NCBI RefSeq assembly: GCF_006345805.1 | Contig: NC_043008.1 | Location: 19,964,001-20,028,000 of the forward strand | DNA from: Octopus sinensis | Lineage: Eukaryota | Reading direction: 5' to 3' | DNA: 64,000 bases | Shown here: positions 38,083 through 51,064 of the stretch, piece by piece | Position numbering within the stretch: the first letter of the stretch is position 1 | Layout of the letters: every line of letters begins with the position of its first letter | The notes under the pieces: model-generated | The model's database searches: none | The model's input: the letters and a program-made list of their open reading frames with translations, nothing else | What the model was told of the DNA's origin: nothing | Program-made: the position numbers and the translations under genes

Positions 38083-38783
38083 ATGTGTATGTTTATCAAT
38101 TGTAAAAAGGAATGCTTCTAATATATTCTGAAAGCCTTTAATGCATACGTTTTACTTCTGTGTAATAGAAATAGGAAGAGGTAAATAATAGAGTGTACGT
38201 CCCTTTAAGTTCATAGGTGTGTTTGTATATTCATCCACGTTTACTGCTACACAGATGAAGCGACTTTCTCTGCATCTGTTTGTTGTGTAAATTCTCCGGG
38301 CCAACATCCTCTAACTGTGATTAAATGATTAAATAAGTGTACGGTTGGAGATAGATGAATAGTAAACTGTTGCTCAAGTATAATCACAAAACTCATTAAC
38401 TAAACTGATATGATTAATGTGGGAGTGAAGATTAGCTTGACATGGGATAATATGTCATTAATCTCGGTATAACGCTTCTACGATTCTCTGTTAAATAAAT
38501 ATCTGTTATTCATGCTTGAGTAAGATTAGAATATCAAATAAGATATATCTTTACTCTGCCGTCACGAATTTAGTTGCATAATCTGCAGTAGTTTATGATG
38601 TCCGTTCTATTTTGGCATCATGCTGAGATTGTACTTGACTTATTTCCACCCTAATTCGTAAAACTAATGAAGTTGCTATCTTAATATTTGGCCTGCTTCT
38701 GCACTTTATTTTCATTTCCTTTTACTTGTCAACGTCCCGTCAGTCTCGTATATTTGATCATTAAAATAATGTAATTGTACACC

Positions 38784-39198
38784 TATTTTTTTATTACCCA
38801 CAAGGGGATAAACATAGAGGGGACAAACAAGGACAGACATAGGTATTAAGTCAATTACATTCGACTCCAGTGCGTAACTGGTACTTATTTAATAGACCCC
38901 GAAAGGATGAAAGGCAAAGTCGACCTCGGCGGAATTCGAACTCACAAGGTAACGGTAGACGAAATACCTATTTCTTTACTACCCACAAGGGGCTAAACAC
39001 AGAGAGGACAAACAAGGACAGACAAACGGAATAAGTCGATTATATCGCCCCCAGTGCGTTACTGGTACTTATTTAAACGACCCAGAAAGGATGAAAGGCA
39101 AAGTCGACCTCGGTGGAATTTGAACTCAGAACGTAACGGCGGACGAAATACCGCTAAGCATTTCGGCCGGATGCTAACGTTTCTACTAGCTCTCCGCC
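38784..39198 (-). mobile_element. SINE-A dimer with about 23-bp TSD
   Basis: TTAAAA(G)TAATGTAATTGTA(C/A)ACC at 38761-38783 and 39199-39222; internal junction at 38968/38969. Confidence 0.9.
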
Positions 39199-40258
39199 TT
39201 AAAAGTAATGTAATTGTAAACCGTTGTCATGGTTTCATTCGACTTGATAATCCTGGGGACGGCCATTTCTTACCTAGAATATGAGTAATTATTGTCTAGT
39301 ATTGCCTACTGAAAGTGGGATCGATGCGCATTCACCTGAGCGTTTCTACCGACTTACGTCATTATCTGAAGAGTATTCGCATCATCTTTTGATGGGCTGG
39401 TAGCAATAAGTTTCAGCCAGACACAATGTCATGTAAAGCACCCCAACTATATATCTGGAAACATTGTGCATACTTTGCAACATTTATTAGCTTTACTATA
39501 GGATTTGTGTATTGCAAAATTGTTCTAACTTTGCTGAATCCCGGGTCTTTTCATTTTGAGTTCACATCTTCCTGCGGTCGTAAAATAATTTTACGTTGAT
39601 TAGGACGTGTCCTCTTTGAAAGTCGATTATACAATCTGTGGTGAAATAACATTTTCTTTAGAAAAGTTATTTAGCAACTGAACAAGATGATATGCGCATA
39701 CAAGACAGATAATCTCCATGGTAAGAATGTTTGATGTATATTTGTGGTGTTTACTGGAAATAGTGAAGAAAATACAGTGTGATGTTTCTAAATATATACG
39801 ACATAAACAATATTGATAACGTATGGGAATTTTAGTTATTCCGAACAGTATATCGAGCGGTTTTGGTCAGGTAATATATCGCAGAACTGTTAATCTTGCT
39901 GCCACATTTGGACTAGATATAATTTGTCGGATAGTGTTATGCGTCTTCATTAAAAATTTGTGATATATTTAGATTTATATGTATTTATTTCGTGTGTGCT
40001 TTTAACTTGCCGAAACATTTTAAGTGTAAGACTAAAATTGTATTCTTGTCAGTGTAGAGTGTATGTAGTGGTAGGCATGTGTTCCATTTCTGCTGCATTC
40101 GAACGGAGACATCATCTCCTGGTATATATATATATATATATATATACATACATACATAAGAGGTTTTTGCGTAATTAGATAAAAAAAACAAGGCTTACGC
40201 AAAACATTCTTAAATACACACGCTGACATAGAACCAACGTTGAACCCTTTATTCGCAA

Positions 40259-40771
40259 CTAGCAGTATCGCCCGGCGTTGCTCGGATTTGTAAGGGAAAT
40301 AACTATATAAACATTTTTAGAGAGTTACTTCCCTTATATATGCCAATTCGGGCTTTCTTAGCCATTTCTGTGTTGGTGTCTTCAAGCCATGAAATCGTTG
40401 TTCTAAAAGAACGCTGGTCTCCTTGACAACGCTTTACGACGTTGCTTTCCTTACACTCCCTTCCCCACAGCTTCACGAGGGAGGGAAGAAAGGGGAGAAG
40501 CAAACAGGTGCAGGTGTGACCATGGACGCCAACTCCGCCGCCATCGACACACGAAAAGTTATGCATTAAAATGGAATAAAAAATGATGTTAAATTATTTT
40601 TAAAATCGTAGACTCATCGTAGACGCGCGCTAATACTCAGACGGGCTCGATATGAATCACAACTATAAGATACCCGAATTTGGTTAAACTGCACCGCAAA
40701 ATGTGGGAGTAGTTAGGAATCTAAATCGAAGGGGACAGACACTCACACAACTACAGTTTTATATATATAGA
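40259..40771 (-). mobile_element. Complete non-autonomous Helitron, 513 bp
   Basis: Minus strand starts TCTATATATATAAAA and ends CCGAGCAACGCCGGGCGATACTGCTAG (GC hairpin about 10 nt before CTAG); inserted between host A and T with no TSD. Confidence 0.85.
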
Positions 40772-40792
40772 TATTACCGAATCTGGAACTTA

Positions 40793-40794
40793 AC

Positions 40795-40832
<38 letters not shown>

Positions 40833-40833
40833 T
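40793..40833. repeat. (TTAG)n microsatellite
   Basis: Read directly from the sequence. Confidence 0.95.
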
Positions 40834-40900
40834 GGTCTGTCTATAGCACTTCAGCATTACCCGACACATTTGCGTCTCAATGACACCATTATCTCTATAA

Positions 40901-41009
<109 letters not shown>

Positions 41010-41204
41010 CTTACATATATTATATGTATGTATTTATTTATGTATGTGTGTGTATGTATGCATGTACACACATCGATTGCTAGATAGTTAAATTATAATA
41101 TGTATATATGCACACACACACAGAGTCACACTTTGTTCAACATCATCAACATCTGCAATCTATAATTGATTTGTGTACATTTAAGTTTCTTCCAAAGAAA
41201 CATT

Positions 41205-41912
41205 CTGCACTAAAAACAAAGTGTATAAAATACAGAATAGGCAACACATCAGAAAGCGATATGTGCAGAATTTGTGGACAAAATGGTGAAACCTTATGGT
41301 ATATTACAAGCCAATGTACGCCACTAGGCCAGAAGGAATATAATAGACGTCACGACCATATGCCCAGGCTTGTCCACTAGACACTTTGCAACAAGTATGG
41401 ACTTGACAGAGTAAAAAATTGGTACGACAACAAACCCGAAGTCATCATCGAAAATGATAATGCAAAAATCCTGTGGGATTTTATGATTGAGTGCTACCAT
41501 GAGACAGAGAATAGGAAAGCAGCCATAGTATCAATTGAGAAAGAAAGCTACTTATGCCGGATCATAGATATAGCATGCCAAGATGACAACAAGGTATGCG
41601 ATAAGGAAGAAAGAAAAGTCGACAGAAATGACAGATTAGCTTGGGAGGTTAAGTAGTTATGGTCGCTGAAAAAGGTGGTAGTAGTACCAATAAGTGCTGG
41701 AGCCTTGGGAGCAGTGAGTAAAACTCTTGAGAACTACATGGAATAAATATGGGCTGCAATGAGGGCGGAGCACTTGCAGAAAACAGTACTACCTTGAACC
41801 GCTCGAAATTCTCCGGAAGGTGCTCGAAAAATAAGGGATTTTTACCTTAGTTCACTGGTTGTGAACAGCTGACGCCGTAGTACATCTCCAGCACTGGGAG
41901 CTGTGCATAGTC
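41205..41912 (+). mobile_element. R4/Dong-clade 3' fragment ending in (AAT)n (41913-42021)
   Basis: CRICGQNGETLWYITSQC (CCHC remnant), RRHD, ENDNAKILWDF, IIDIAC, VVVPI..GALG, TA..LRKVL-stop, then 3' UTR. Confidence 0.85.
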
Positions 41913-41959
<47 letters not shown>

Positions 41960-42127
41960 TAATAATGATAATAATAATAATAATAATAATAACAATAATA
42001 ATAATAATAATAATAATAAAGATAATAGATGTTCAATACCAGGCGAATCGAGGGTAAAATGTAAGGCAATAGAAAATATTGAGAAATAGTAGCCACTGCG
42101 GGTCGAGATAGGAAAAATATGGGTCAT

Positions 42128-42403
42128 CAGAAAGTAATGGTGATACTGGTGGTAAATGGAACATTAGGAGCAATTTGCAAGGGCTTTGAAAAACATATTA
42201 AGAATACTGGAGCTACTCTCAGGCTCGAAGTGATCCAGAAGACAGCACTGTTGGGTACAGCTTGCATTCTAAGGAGACTATTGTCTCTTTGAGTCACAGG
42301 AGAAGGCATTTCTTGAAACCTTTGGTGATTTGTTATTGCCTGATTTTAAGTGAAGAATAACCGGTAATTAAGACCTATCCGAGACTCTTTCCGAATCACA
42401 ACC

Positions 42404-42404
<1 letters not shown>
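42128..42404 (+). mobile_element. Short R4/Dong-clade 3' end followed by (TAA)n/(GAT)n (42405-42612)
   Basis: QKVMVILVVNGTLGAICKGFEKHIKNTGATLRLEVIQKTALLGTACILRRLLSL-stop (42290-42292) plus 3' UTR. Confidence 0.8.
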
Positions 42405-42469
<65 letters not shown>

Positions 42470-42477
42470 TAATAATA

Positions 42478-42515
<38 letters not shown>

Positions 42516-42549
42516 AATAATAATAATAATCATAATAATAATAATAATG

Positions 42550-42598
<49 letters not shown>

Positions 42599-42611
42599 TG
42601 ATGGTGATGAT

Positions 42612-42815
42612 CAACTATAGGCACACTGCCTGAAATTTGGGGGAAGGGGTTGTCGACTACATCGCCTGCAGTACTCAAATCTTATTTATTTCATCGACCC
42701 CAAAAGGATGAAAGGCAAAGTTGACATCAACAGAATTTGAACTTAGGACGTAGCGGCTGATGAAATATCGCTAAGTAATTCGCCCGGCATGCTAACGATT
42801 CTGCCTGTGCGACTC
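42612..42815 (-). mobile_element. Degenerate SINE A'
   Basis: ATCGACCCCAAAAGGATGAAAGGCAAAGTTGAC..CGCCCGGCATGCTAACGATTCTGCC. Confidence 0.75.
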
Positions 42816-43559
42816 CTGACAATAACAACAACAACAAATATAATAATGAAAAAGATAGACATTCTTGTCTACGAGTCGTGACCTACATTATTCCAAATTG
42901 AATATCCTAAAATAATTCTCCAAGTGAACACAATAAGATGGTTTCTTTACAATGATACATGCAACATATAATAATGTGCATTTAATAACGAGATGCTGTT
43001 TATCTTCTAATGATGTGTCAGTAGAAAAGAAAACGTTGTCAGAATATTATCCCCAACCAGACACATATGATAGGCAAATGAATAGATAAAAATGTTGCGT
43101 TGATTTAATTTATAGCCGTTGATTTAATTTAGAAATAAGCAATGCAATGCTCATGGAATCTACTACACACTCATTCATTTTACACTGAATAAAGTATGAA
43201 TCGTCATATGAGAGACGGATATTCAACAAAATCGACAATAACGGTAGTCTCAGTAACTAAGGAGATAAGTTAACGATGTTAGAAAACAATTCTGTATAGA
43301 TTGACTGCTTGAATTTATGTATAAATGTTGTTAATACGGGTAACATTAGTTGTAATATTAATAATAATATTGGTAAGAAGTGTATGTTTGATGTAACAGA
43401 GCAGACACTCGTGGACCAGGGTAAATCTGTTAGGAGAAATAAGTGAATGACAAAATTGGAGGTAGAAAAGTCCACAGAAAAAAATCACATAAGCAGATCA
43501 GCACTACTAATAAGGAGGGGGAAAATGGCACCATCAACGTAAGTGAAGGTGATCAGAAT

Positions 43560-44245
43560 ATTTGAGATGCATTGAAACAGGTAATGAGTAAAGTAGAAAG
43601 AAACAAAGATTACCAGCATTAAAGTGTGTATAGAAGGAAGTTGCTAAATATTATTAGGAAACAATATTCCGTTATCAGTAGAATACATATTAAAACTATA
43701 GGTGACATGGACTTATTGATTGATGCAAAAGAGGTAGTAGTTACTAGGCGACTAGGTATTCCCCAAGGAAAGAATAGGGTGGGGTTGATGCGCAAATGAA
43801 CAACAAATAATAAAGTGAAGATTTTGATACAAGATTTAAGCAAAATAGAAACCTGGAAAGTGAAACTTTAGGCAAAAAAACTTCTTTTGAGAAAGAAAAA
43901 GGACTTGGGATAGCCATGTCAGAGCAGAAACAACTTATCATAGAAAATAGCAAGTAAGCTTTTCAGAAAAGAGTTTGATCAGTATCTACAGAAGAGATTG
44001 TTTGAGATGGGCCAGAGATTTTATTGGCAAATAAATAGTATAAGACAAACTACTGAAAATCAGACGTCTACTGTAGTTGAAGCTAGAAAGTTCTGGAGTG
44101 ATATTTGAAATAAGCTAGTTACTCAGAAATACAACGTGTTTATAGAAAGTGAGAAAAGAAGTAGCTAGTACGAATCAGCAAAAGCTGAAAGTAGTGCATT
44201 ATGAGCTAGATGATAGGAAGAATGCCAAAATGGAAGGGCCCGGGG
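43560..44245 (+). mobile_element. Old R4/Dong-like relic, region upstream of RT
   Basis: Patches RLPALK, QKRLFEMGQRFYWQI, EARKFWSDI and MPKWKGPG correspond to QNKLF..KKFYREI, VQNFWKRIW and HNWKSPG in the 46-kb copy. Confidence 0.55.
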
Positions 44246-46168
44246 TCGATAACATTACACTTTAATTATTACATTTTCTACAAGTAACGGTATTTGCTAT
44301 ACCCTGTGGGGACATAAGATATCAGTGCCAATGAATCCAGACCCATACGAATTGTAGAGAAAAATATTAGTGATACACCTATCATCCACGATCCACAAAC
44401 TTACATGTGAATTACTACAATATCTCCTAAGAAAATAATTTAAGATCTATCTTAAATATCATCACAGAGTTGAGAAACTATGTGCAATTGGTAAAAGATG
44501 ATTCAGCAATATTAATTCCGAGTACACGTTTGTACAAATGAATTTGAGGATACCTTCTAAGCAATGTCTCATCATAAAAAGCAACGTGTAATTAAAACGT
44601 AGTCAATAATAGAGAATAAACGATGATTAACAAAACAAAATATAACCTCGAAAATCTCTGTTATCAGGCGACTAATATAAACCTTTATGACAGTAGGTAA
44701 TCCAGACAGAAAATAAACATGCAGTTCATAGCCTTAGTGTTGATGTAGGAGTAAATAATGAAGCAATACTGCTGCAGCTACAACCGCAAAACGACTATAT
44801 TTACACTTTAAATATTTATCCAAATATATGCCAACAAAGATAAATGATTTTCTGACAGATACATTTTTGAAATGATAATCAGTAAATGTTTCATAGGATA
44901 ATGCGCGATCATAAAATGTAAGAACATTTTATGCAGAAAGGAAATATTACAAACATGCCGGAAGACCATTCTTTACCATGAAGTCTAGCAGACGAACTTA
45001 AACAATGCATAGCAACAGTAGAAATTGAATCGTTATCTCTCCAGTGTATGACAATATATAATTTTAAACATGATTTAGACAAGGAAATATTAACGAAAGT
45101 CCTTTCATCTGCGACTCCTTCGTTTGTCTGCTGGTAATTTACAAACTGCTTTCCAAATTTTTTCTTAAACTTATAGATTATATATCTGCAATAAATTTGT
45201 ATTAATGGAACAGTACGGTATTCACAAGACTGTAAGAGAATCAACTAGCTTCATTAGATCAAAATACAAAGTTGACAGAGTTCGTATAATAAGCAGCACC
45301 ATGTCTGTTCACGCTGTTGTCATAATCTTATTCACTAGAATATAATAAGGTGACAGTTCATTTGGTTTTCATTTCATTCTATGGATGTTGCTTTTGACTG
45401 AACTAATACAAAATTGTAAAGATGCAGAGTGGACATCAGTCTAATCCGTTATCTCTAATTTATATATTACAAAAACAATACTAGTGAGTTTCCTGTGTAT
45501 TACTAAGCAGTTTGACAGGCATATTCAATGAACATCGCGGTCAACGGAGTTGTCGATCAGATAAATTTGTACTGCAGTGAGCAGCGATAAGACAGGAGTG
45601 TGAGATTTCAATTTTTCTTTTAAAGGATTTTTCGACATAGATGAAGATTAAATACCATGAAAATGTATTTCTTAATCTATTCAGTAGTGCAATATCATAT
45701 TAGTAAGCCATTTAAATATATCTATACAGGCAGTCATGACGCATACCTGTTTTCCGCAGGTACAGAAAATCCGATCTCAAAATCTGTATACGAAATATCA
45801 ACCAGAACAGAAATGGGTAGGGAACTTCTCAACTGTGTGGGGCAGTTTAACAAGTCAATTATTAATCTCCAGCACATATTAAAGTTCAGTTACCTAATCT
45901 AGACGAGTATAATTAAAGAGTTTAAACTGGTGAACAGTTGAAGCTAGCAGCATAACACTCTGAAAGACTTGTAAAAGATAATGTCTAAAAATAAGTACAA
46001 AATTAACAAACGTGTGTCTCTAATTCAAAAGTATTCAACCAACATAAACACATGTCTTTTGCTTGGCCGATGCTTCATATATATCCATCTACCATCATAC
46101 ATAAATGATCATATCAACTCACAGCTTAATTTCATTGACTTCAGGAAGATGAAATGAAAAGAGGTCTC

Positions 46169-46223
<55 letters not shown>
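46169..46223. repeat. Perfect (TAA)n at the 5' junction of the R4/Dong element
   Basis: Read directly from the sequence. Confidence 0.95.
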
Positions 46224-46225
<2 letters not shown>

Positions 46226-49011
46226 CAAACAAAACAAAGAAAACAAAACCTGGGAAGAAATCAAATCTGGAGAAGTAAAATTGAAAAAGAGATTGAATTT
46301 ATGAGAGGGGAAATATCAATATTAAATGAACTAATATGTGGAAATGATGTAAGATCCAGAACAGGAAGAAAGATGAAGAGAAAATTTGGATCCTCACCAA
46401 GAGAAGAACTGATATCAATAAAAGAAACGCTGAAACAAAAAGTCCAAGCAAAAGCCCAAAGAATACGAAGATTTGAGAAGAGAAACAAGTTTTACAAGCA
46501 AAATAAGCTGTTCACATCCAATGCCAAAAAATTCTACAGAGAAATAGGGAAGGAGAAGGTAACCGTTAAAGACCCCCCCTCCCATGGAAGAAGTTCAAAA
46601 CTTTTGGAAAAGGATTTGGAGTGACAAGAAGACGTACAACATAAATGCAGACTGGATTATACAAACTGAAGGATCCTACCAAAATTTACAACAACAAACA
46701 TGGGAAGACATCACAATAGCAGACCTAAGAAAGGCACTCACGAAGGCCCATAATTGGAAATCCCCCGGTAAAGATAGGGTGCCGAATTTCTGGCTCGCAT
46801 CGATCCCGTGCGCACACGGTAAGCTAGTTCAGCTGCTCAATGGAATTATGAGAGACCCAAAGAAAACACCTGAATGGTTAGCAAGTGGCATTACTTACCT
46901 ACTCCCAAAGAATAACGAAACCAACCTTCCAAAAAACTATCGGCCTATAACCTGTCTATCCACCACGTATAAAATCCTAACATCTATCCTGGCGGAGAAA
47001 ACATATGCATTCATGGAGAAGAACGATACTTTCCCCATTGAACAAAAAGGGTGCCGCCGAGGCTCTTACGGATGCAAAGATCAACTGCTAATCAATCGTA
47101 TGATCCTTGAGAACTGTCACAACAAGCGCAGAAATCTCAGCACCGCATGGATTGACTATAAAAAGGCCTTCGACAGAATACCGCATCCATGGACCTTGTG
47201 ATCGCTGGACATCTTCAAAATTTCCCCTGTGATTTCAAACTTCCTGAAGCACAATATGTCGTTGTGGAATACGAATCTCCAATTATACTACTCTAATGGA
47301 GTACTTGCCTCAGAAAATATAAACATCAACTGTGGAATTTTTCAAGGTGACTCACTTTCACCTTTAATATTCTGCATAGCCCTAATACCCCTTACAAGTG
47401 AATTAAACAGAACAGGGTATGGGTATAAAATTGCCAATAAAAAAATAAGCCATCTATTTTATATGGATGACTTAAAACTTTATGGTAAAGACAATAATGA
47501 ACTTGAAGGCCTATTGCGCACCGTGAAAGCATTCAGCGATGACATCGGGATGGAGTTTGGACTTGAGAAGTGTGCCAAGGCCACTTTCCAGAAAGGGAAA
47601 GTGAAGACCACAAATTCAGTCGTGTTAGATGTTGACACAGTCATAAGAGAGCTTGAGCAAGAACAAACATACACATATTTAGGGATAGATGAAGGCTCTG
47701 GTATTCAGCATGCAAGCATGAAAGAGAAAATCAGGAAGGAATGTTATAGGAGAGTTCGTGCAGTCCTGAAATCTGAACTAAATGCACGTAACAAGGTGTT
47801 AGCTATAAATTCCTTAGCAGTTCCAGTTGTTACTTATAGCTACAATGTGTTGAACTGGAATATGAGTGAAGTAAAGAATATAGATAGAAAAATACGCAAG
47901 CTGCTGAGTTGTAATAGGATGCACCACCCAAAGGCAGACGTAGATCGCCTTTACCTTCCCAGAGCCCAAGGAGGTCGAGGCCTGATCCAATTTGAACTAG
48001 CTTACAAAACAACCACAATTGGACTGGCCACATATCTCGAAATATCGAATGACTGGATGCTAAAGCTCGTGGAAAATCACGAGAGACGAAAGAAGCTTCA
48101 TTCTATCATCAAGGAAAGCAAGAAATTTGCTATTGATCTCGTGCAGGATACCCAAACTGAACAACCCGAGGGAAGTACGGCAACTGTTGTTGCAAAGAAG
48201 GTGAAAATGATGGCAATGAAAAAAGCGCACGAGCAATTGGCTGATAGGTGGGAAGAGAAACCTCTGCACGGCAAATATGTGACCCGCAGCAAACAAGCTG
48301 ATGTTGACCAGAAGCAAACCCATCAGTGGCTGCGGAGCTCAGGGCTAAAAGCAGAGAGCGAAGGTTTCATCCTGGCTGCTCACACCAAAGCCTATTAACC
48401 CGGAACTACCAGGCCAATGTGATGAAAAATGGAGCAGACCCAAAATGCCGATTCTGCAACGACATGATTGAAACAGTGGACCACCTAATCTCTGGATGTA
48501 AAGTCTTAGCACCAGTGGAGTATAAATTAAGACATGACAGAGTTGGCCAATATCTCCACTGGCTAATAAGTCGGCATTACAATATCAAAACTGCCGACAA
48601 GTGGTATAATCACCACCCTGAGGCTGTAACTGAAGGAGAAAATGTAACCATTCTGTGGGACTTTCCAGTACATACCGACCGAACCATCAAGGCCAATAAA
48701 CCAGATATTGTTGTGAAAGACCAAAACAATAAAGTTTGCTTATTGATCGACATGAGCATCCCCTGTGATCATAATATCTCAGCGAAAGAGTTTGACAAGC
48801 TCAGAAATATAAAGACCTACTCATTGAAATTGAGAAAATGTGGCATCTCAAGGCGGTTACAATACCAGTGATCGTAGGAGCACTAGGAATGATCAAGAAG
48901 GGAACCGAAAATTATATGAGAATGATCCCTGGCTTACCATCCCTGCAAGAAGTGCAAAAGATTGTCTTAACTGGTACATCACACGTATTGAGAAGAACAT
49001 TGTCGATGTGA
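46224..49011 (+). pseudogene. Disrupted RT/RLE polyprotein ORF of the R4/Dong element
   Basis: The pieces join into one reading of about 930 codons via frameshifts at about 46573-46583, 48381-48386 and 48804 plus an in-frame TGA at 47199-47201; natural stop at 49009-49011. Confidence 0.9.
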
Positions 49012-49181
49012 GAACTGTTGCTGCTCATGTATTTTAATTTAACTTTAAAAAAAAAAAAAATGAACGAACTACTGAGTTTGGTTTAATGGCCTACCAATAT
49101 ACACTATGAGTTTCTTTGCCCTAGGAGTCGGGAAGACACTCGGCAAGAAATGGAAGAAAATTTGAAAGAAGAAAAAAAAAG
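46224..49181 (+). mobile_element. 5'-truncated R4/Dong-clade non-LTR retrotransposon (RT + CCHC + RLE)
   Basis: RT motifs NYRPITCL, EQKGCRRG, WIDYKKAFD, GIFQGDSLSPL, HLFYMDDLKLY, FGLEKC; CRFCNDMIETVDHLISGC; RLE KPDIVV..LIDMSIP..K..KY; 3' UTR with hairpin; (TAA)n on both sides. Confidence 0.93.
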
Positions 49182-49420
49182 TAATAATAATAATAATAAT
49201 AATAATGATAATAATAATAATACTATTAATAATAATAATAATCAGGAGAAGAAGAAAAGGAAGAAGAAGAAGAACAACAACAACAACAACGACCATTAAG
49301 ATGATGATGTTTATGATGGTGGTGATGAATTTGATGATGATGATGACGATAACAATAGTCATGATGATTATGATGATGATGATGATGATGATGATGATAT
49401 TGGTGATGATGGTGATGGTA
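49182..49420. repeat. Compound (TAA)n-(GAA)n-(CAA)n-(GAT)n tract
   Basis: Read directly from the sequence. Confidence 0.95.
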
Positions 49421-50670
49421 TTTTATTTCCCAGTTTGACATAGTATGAGAGTGATTCGATAAACTTAGCAATGAGTGTGGTTGTATATAAACTCGTGTCA
49501 GTAACTGAATTAGGAAGGGTGGGAAATAAAAGTGAAAATTTACTTTTAGAAACTATATGCATATAAAGATTAGCATTGCCATCTGCATATAACAGAGCCT
49601 TCAATAAAAGACAACCATGTTATACTGAAAATAGTTCTTTCCACTCAAACCATTTTCAAAAAGGCTTCGAACCTTTAGACAAATTCAATAGCGGACACGA
49701 CACTAGGATCACCATCACTATCCGTCATAACTTTATTTTCCAAACTAAACAGGAAAAATAAAAAAAAAAGTTAATGAAATTTACTTTGTCTAAAATTCCA
49801 TATGATAAGCTCTGTAGTGAATTTTTATATTTATTGTTGTCCGTCTGTTTCTTATAATATCGATCTGATTGGATACATAACAATGTTCACTTTCAGTATG
49901 TTCCAAACTAATACATGAAGTGGCGCAAAAAGCAATATATGACAATTATTTACACGGAAATACTACTGTGTGTGCAAACTCCACTGACGTTAAAATTACA
50001 GAAACAACTTCGGAACATTACAGAATATTTTTTTTGTTTTTTTATGGGCTTTAGTTTTATTTTGAAAAGTTGGTCTGTTCTACTAATACATGTAATAAAA
50101 TTAAAGTAAACAAGAAAAATGTTTGCAGTTCAAGAGGTTTCCAAAGTTAGACTTCATTTAATATTTTACAACGCTTCTGGAATTTCATTTATGTCTTGGA
50201 AACATTCCATGAAAAAATTCTGTCGTGTCTTATATGTTAATTCCGAACACATTTCTAAAAATAATAAAGACTTTAAAATTGATTTCATGTCACTTCTATT
50301 TCGTTTAATCCGTTTGAATAAACTCAAGTTCACTTTTTTGGTAGTCGGAAAGTCAAATTCGATAGAATTTACCCGAGTGCATAACGTGTCTTATTTCACC
50401 TCGTCTTCTTCGTGATCTTCATCTGACTTCACGCATCGCCAGGGAGCGTGTTCATACATTAGTATATGAATTCAGATTGATTATAGATTCCTGCTTACTC
50501 CGGACATTTAATTACTTAAATCACCTTATGGATTGCAATATTGCTTAAATCTTCGTTTCTATATCGAAACATAAACAAATACATACTCGCTCACCCTCTC
50601 TTATATATGCATCACGGAACAGTGCATGATATATATATATATATATATGTGTGTGTGTCTATATGTTAAA

Positions 50671-51017
50671 GGCGCATGGCTCAGTGGTTAGAGCGTCGAG
50701 CTTACGATCGTAAGGTTGTGAGCTCGAATCCCGGACCGGGCTGCGTGTTGTGTTCTTCTGCAATGCACTTTATTTCACGTTGCTCCAGTTCACTCAGCTG
50801 TAGAAATGAGTTGCGATGTCACTGGTGCCAAGCTGTATCGACCTTTGTCTTTCCCTTGGATAACACTGGTGGCGTGGAGAGGGGAGGCTGGTATGCATGG
50901 GCGACTGCTGGTCTTCCATAAAAAAAATAACCTTACCCGGACTTGTGTCTAGGAGAGTAACTTTCTAGGTGCAATCCCATGGTCATTCATGACCGAAGGG
51001 GGTCCTTACCCTTACCC
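50671..51017 (+). mobile_element. tRNA-derived SINE, family C head with a distinct long tail
   Basis: GGCGCATGGCTCAGTGGTTAGAGC..GAGCTCGAATCC head; C central block; ends GGTCATTCATGACCGAAGGGGGTC then (CTTACC)2. Confidence 0.85.
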
Positions 51018-51064
51018 TTTATATGTATATATATATATGTTTATATATATATATGTATATATAT

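Noticed and set aside
40793-40833. Interstitial telomere
   Set aside because: The unit is TTAG, not TTAGGG or TTAGG; an ordinary tetranucleotide microsatellite.
47199-47201. In-frame TGA as selenocysteine or programmed readthrough
   Set aside because: The same ORF has three frameshifts, no SECIS was recognised, and CpG decay explains it simply.
46154-48871. Long ORFs as host genes
   Set aside because: They are consecutive pieces of one retrotransposon polyprotein; the initial MKRGLIIII is read-through from the flanking (TAA)n.
50671-50745. tRNA gene
   Set aside because: A and B boxes and the D-arm are present, but there is no acceptor stem and it continues into a SINE body; the same applies to the other SINE heads.
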